The notes below the pieces were generated by a model. It saw only the letters and a list, made by a program, of their open reading frames with translations. It searched no databases and was not told where the DNA came from. From contig NC_006138.1 in assembly GCF_000025945.1 (NCBI RefSeq), positions 2,160,001 through 2,192,000 on the forward strand: DNA of 32,000 nucleotides, read 5' to 3'. The translations under genes and the position numbers were made by a program. The stretch comes from Desulfotalea psychrophila LSv54 (lineage in GTDB: Bacteria > Desulfobacterota > Desulfobulbia > Desulfobulbales > Desulfocapsaceae). Shown here piece after piece: positions 28,425 to 32,000 of this stretch (positions are counted from its first letter, which is position 1; the number at the start of each line of letters is the position of its first letter).

Positions 28425-29873
28425 CTATACGGAGAGAGAGCTATCTATTTCGCCCATATACTCACTGTTCTTTTGTAAGAGGGGATTGATAACTTCAGTC
28501 AGGTAATCCGTTGTTTGTGCCGAGGCACGACCGGTAAACTGTGTATAGTCAGTAATCATTGCCAAAAGACTGTCAAGATCAAAGGGAATGCGATCATCTT
28601 CAGCCAGGCGGTTGAGGAGATCATTATCCAGACCCTCTTCCTTTACGACCTTGCCGGCTGCCAAAGAGTGTTCTTTGATAAGTTCATGCATGTCTTGACG
28701 ATTTTCACCCTTCTCCACGGCTTCCATTAAAATTTTCTCGGTGGACATAAAGGGTAGTTCGGCTCGAAGATGTTTTTCGATCTGTTTTGGAAAAACAACC
28801 ATATCAGAGCTGATATTAATAAAGAGCTTGAGTATGGCATCGGTTAAGAGAAAGCATTGAGGAATATCCATGCGACGAATAGCGGAATCATCAAGGGTAC
28901 GTTCAAACCACTGATTGGCATAGGTGGCTGCAAAATTTTGTGGCAGATTCATCAGCTTACGGGCAAGTCCTGTCATACGCTCGGAACGCATGGGGTTTCT
29001 CTTGTAGGCCATGGCTGAAGATCCGGTCTGGTTCTTGGCAAAGGGCTCTTCCTGTACCTTTAAATTTGACAGTAGACGGAGGTCTACGGCAAATTTATGG
29101 GCGGTTGAACCGATTCCTGCCAGGGTCTCTGCCAGTTTCATATCATGCTTTCTGGTGTATGTTTGGCCGGTTACATCAAAGGTAGAGGAAAAGCCGAGTT
29201 TCTTTGCCACTAACTCGTCAAGGGCACGTACCTTGGCGTGATCTCCCTTAAAGAGGTCAAGGAAGGTCGCCTGGGTACCAACGGTTCCCTTGGCTCCACG
29301 GGCCTTGATGTTGTCGAGCAAGAAATCAAGGTAGTTTAGATCCATCACCAGGTCTTGAAGAATCAGGGTATTTCTTTTGCCCACTGTGGTAGGTTGAGCA
29401 GGCTGGTAGTGAGTGAAGCCCAAGGTTGCCAGATCTTTATGCTCGTCGCAAAATTCTGCCATATTGCTGATAACCTGAAGAAGGGCTTTTTTGGCGAGGA
29501 GCAGGCCCTCGCGCTGAACAATAAGATCGGTATTACAGACAACAAACTGCGAGGTTGCACCCAGGTGAATGATGCCCGCCGCGGTGGGGCACTTGAGGCC
29601 ATATTCATAGACATGGGCCATAACATCATGGCGAATTTCTTTTTCTTTTTGAGCGGCAATATCGTAGTCAATATTGTTCACATTTGCCTTGAGCTCGGCA
29701 ATCATTTCCGGAGTAACGATATCGGTGAGGCCAAGTTCGTATTGAGCCTCGGCAAGAGCGACCCAACATTTTCTCCAGGTAGTAAATTTCTTTTCCGCTG
29801 AAAAAAGGTACTGCATTTCAGGGCTGGTATATCGACTCACCAGGGGCTCTTGGTATGTTGTTGTCTGTGACAT
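28425..29873 (-). CDS. purB: Adenylosuccinate lyase
   Basis: LVSRYTSPEMQYLFSAEKKFTTWRKCWVALAEAQ, GTVGTQATFLDLF, signature SSAMAYKRNPMRSERM. Start chosen at MSQTTTYQE rather than the longer track ORF start at 29921. Confidence 0.96.
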   Translation of the reverse strand: MSQTTTYQEPLVSRYTSPEMQYLFSAEKKFTTWRKCWVALAEAQYELGLTDIVTPEMIAELKANVNNIDYDIAAQKEKEIRHDVMAHVYEYGLKCPTAAGIIHLGATSQFVVCNTDLIVQREGLLLAKKALLQVISNMAEFCDEHKDLATLGFTHYQPAQPTTVGKRNTLILQDLVMDLNYLDFLLDNIKARGAKGTVGTQATFLDLFKGDHAKVRALDELVAKKLGFSSTFDVTGQTYTRKHDMKLAETLAGIGSTAHKFAVDLRLLSNLKVQEEPFAKNQTGSSAMAYKRNPMRSERMTGLARKLMNLPQNFAATYANQWFERTLDDSAIRRMDIPQCFLLTDAILKLFINISSDMVVFPKQIEKHLRAELPFMSTEKILMEAVEKGENRQDMHELIKEHSLAAGKVVKEEGLDNDLLNRLAEDDRIPFDLDSLLAMITDYTQFTGRASAQTTDYLTEVINPLLQKNSEYMGEIDSSLSV

Positions 29874-30051
29874 GATTTTCTCCGAGAATAATTTCAATAT
29901 GTTCAATAGAAAAGGGGACACCGTTTTTGCGAAACACCTTATAGCATTTTTTTACTGAAAGTGCAGTGACCTTATTGGAGCTTTTTTTAAGAATCCCTGT
30001 CTAAAAAAAAAATTGCCCTTCTGAGCAAAACAGAGCGAATCACATTAATTG

Positions 30052-31710
30052 TTATAAGATATCGAGGATACGAGCCTGCCAGCTGACCCTCTCTTTAAAA
30101 CGATTAATGGTAGGAGTAAAAATTATTTTCACCGTTGAGCCGGCAATGACGTTCCGTCCCTTTTCACCAAGGTTAAAGCCGATGGCCTTTATATTGTCGC
30201 CGTATTTCCCTCTGATTGTCAGCTGCAGATGCTCTTTACTCTGACCTACGGGTCTTGCTGCGACGATAAGGGCGTGGGCATCATAAAATGTTGGTTGAGG
30301 ATTTCCTGGACCGAATGGTTCCATTTTTTGGTAGAGGGCTAAGCTGTCCGGGTTGAAAACCTGCTCAACGGAGGCGTCAAGCTCATATCTGCTTTCCTGC
30401 TTAATCTCCTTCACCTCTGCCCTCTGTAGATTCTCTACAAATGCCGACCTGAAGGCGGCAAAATTGAGCGGGGACATGCTCATGCCGGCGGCCATTTTAT
30501 GACCACCAAATTTTTTTAACAGAAAAGAGGTCTCGGTTATTACATCGAGAATATTAATTTCCTCGATGGAGCGGGCTGAACCCTTAAGGTCGCCATCCGC
30601 AGCCCGAGAAAAAACTATTGCCGGTAGATGAAAACGATCCACCAGCCTGGATGCCAGTATCCCTAAAATTCCTTCAAAAAAGTCACCCTCAACAATAATG
30701 CAAGCATCTGCCTTGATCGTCTCTATATGGAGAAGTGTCTCTATCTCAGCCATATTTTCTTTACAGAGTAACTTCCTGTCGTTGTTGAGCTTGGTCAGCG
30801 TTTTGGCAATTTTATAGGCCGGTTCTGCCTCTTTACTTGTCAATAACTCTACAACTTGATGGGCCACACCATACCTGCCCGCGGCATTGACCTTGGGTGC
30901 CAGATTAAAGCCGATATCATCTGAGGTTACCGAGCCATCGGCAATGTCAGATGACTCTAGCAATGCCTGTAGGCCAATAAATTCTGTGCGGGCAAATGAC
31001 TCTACCCCGGCCTTAACCAGGAGCCGATTTACAGGGGTGAGGGGGACAACATCGGCCAGGGTGCCAAAGGCGACAAAGCCGAGAAAGGATTTTAAATTTG
31101 GCGTAGATTGGCTGTATTTGCCATTCAGCTCACCTGAGACAAGGGCATTGCGAACACCTGCAACCAGATAGAAGGCAACCCCAACCCCTGCCAGAGATGT
31201 CCCATAAAAGGGGCATTTTTCGTTACTGGGATTTAATACTGTACAGTTGGGAACTCTTTTGGGTAGTTGGTGGTGATCGGTGACAATTACTCTGCCGCCC
31301 CTCTTCTTTATGGCCTCTATTTCAGTAGCGTTAGAGATACCGCAATCTACGGTAATGAGAAGAAAGTGCTCCTCCGCCCAAGGAAGATTTTGAAAATAGG
31401 TAAGGTTTAGACCGTAGCCCTCGGTAAGCCTACTGGGGATATGCCAGTAGACCTTAACGTCTATCCTCTCAAAAAAATTTACCAGAATCGAGGTCCCCGT
31501 CGTGCCATCGACATCATAGTCACCCCAGATAAGAATGGGCAGACCTTCATCTATGGCCCGGAGAACTTCTGCCACGGCCTCCTTCATGCCCAGCATGGTA
31601 AAAGGGTGTGGCAGAGAGGAGAGCCGGGGGGAGAGAAATTCTTCTATTGCCTGCGCCTCTTGGTATCCTCGCAGAGAGAGGATCTGTTCGATTGGATTTT
31701 TTCTGGACAC
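30052..31710 (-). CDS. recJ: Single-stranded-DNA-specific exonuclease RecJ
   Basis: ILIWGDYDVDGTTGTSILVNFF (DHH), ITVDCGISN, VIVTDHHQLP, FGGHKMAAGMS (DHHA1). Confidence 0.95.
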   Translation of the reverse strand: MSRKNPIEQILSLRGYQEAQAIEEFLSPRLSSLPHPFTMLGMKEAVAEVLRAIDEGLPILIWGDYDVDGTTGTSILVNFFERIDVKVYWHIPSRLTEGYGLNLTYFQNLPWAEEHFLLITVDCGISNATEIEAIKKRGGRVIVTDHHQLPKRVPNCTVLNPSNEKCPFYGTSLAGVGVAFYLVAGVRNALVSGELNGKYSQSTPNLKSFLGFVAFGTLADVVPLTPVNRLLVKAGVESFARTEFIGLQALLESSDIADGSVTSDDIGFNLAPKVNAAGRYGVAHQVVELLTSKEAEPAYKIAKTLTKLNNDRKLLCKENMAEIETLLHIETIKADACIIVEGDFFEGILGILASRLVDRFHLPAIVFSRAADGDLKGSARSIEEINILDVITETSFLLKKFGGHKMAAGMSMSPLNFAAFRSAFVENLQRAEVKEIKQESRYELDASVEQVFNPDSLALYQKMEPFGPGNPQPTFYDAHALIVAARPVGQSKEHLQLTIRGKYGDNIKAIGFNLGEKGRNVIAGSTVKIIFTPTINRFKERVSWQARILDIL

Positions 31711-31719
31711 CGCGTTCTC

Positions 31720-32000
31720 CTAGAGATTTTTACTTAACTGGTCTTCAAGCCACTGCCCTACCCTATCTACAATTTCAGCTTTACTCTCTTTTTGATACCA
31801 GTGTAGATCTTCATCTTTATTAAACCAGGTGTACTGTCGCTTTGCGTATCTTCTTGTGTCCCGAGCCAGGAGGGTCTTCATCTCTTCAAATTCCCAGTCA
31901 CCAAAGATAAAATTAGCCATATGCTTATATCCAATGGAACCCATGGATCTGAGTTCCCGGGAGTAACCCATATCAAGAAGTCCTCTTACCTCTTCTTCTA
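31720..32000 (-). CDS. miaA: tRNA dimethylallyltransferase MiaA, C-terminal part (5' end beyond the window)
   Basis: Open frame through the window edge: EEEVRGLLDMGYSRELRSMGSIGYKHMANFI...LARDTRRYAKRQYTWF. Confidence 0.93.
   Translation of the reverse strand, partial: EEEVRGLLDMGYSRELRSMGSIGYKHMANFIFGDWEFEEMKTLLARDTRRYAKRQYTWFNKDEDLHWYQKESKAEIVDRVGQWLEDQLSKNL

Overview
This reads as a bacterial chromosomal segment. Gene content and intergenic style suggest a Desulfobulbales/Desulfotalea-like deltaproteobacterium, but that is inference. Contents left to right: (1) about 1.5 kb of repeat-rich, apparently non-coding DNA; (2) a KefF/MdaB-like NAD(P)H oxidoreductase abutting a Kef-type CPA2 K+/H+ antiporter with a TrkA-N domain; (3) an isolated GH18-like protein; (4) a CoA-acylating methylmalonate-semialdehyde dehydrogenase and a GntR/FadR-type regulator on the minus strand; (5) a two-gene SIR2 + HerA ATPase module, a known anti-phage defence architecture, followed by an internally deleted IS5/IS903-like element with terminal inverted repeats and a near-perfect 9-bp target duplication; (6) an aspartate/glutamate racemase; (7) a tiny Lys-rich ORF whose reading frame is interrupted exactly at an A_AAA_AAG heptamer; (8) two adjacent YeeE/YedE-family membrane genes (the first with an out-of-frame N-terminus) and a cyclase-family protein; (9) three tandem ~1,020-aa paralogous hybrid histidine kinases (ABC-type substrate-binding-like sensor, TM, PAS-PAS, HisKA/HATPase, REC), each preceded by the same promoter-like TTGTAY-N18-TATAAG motif; (10) a minus-strand housekeeping block: miaB, a DUF4911-like small ORF, purB, recJ and the 3' part of miaA. 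The strongest leads are the triplicated kinase array (near-uniform kinase/receiver halves, more diverged sensor halves) and the SIR2-HerA locus. I found no convincing evidence of a wholly new system.
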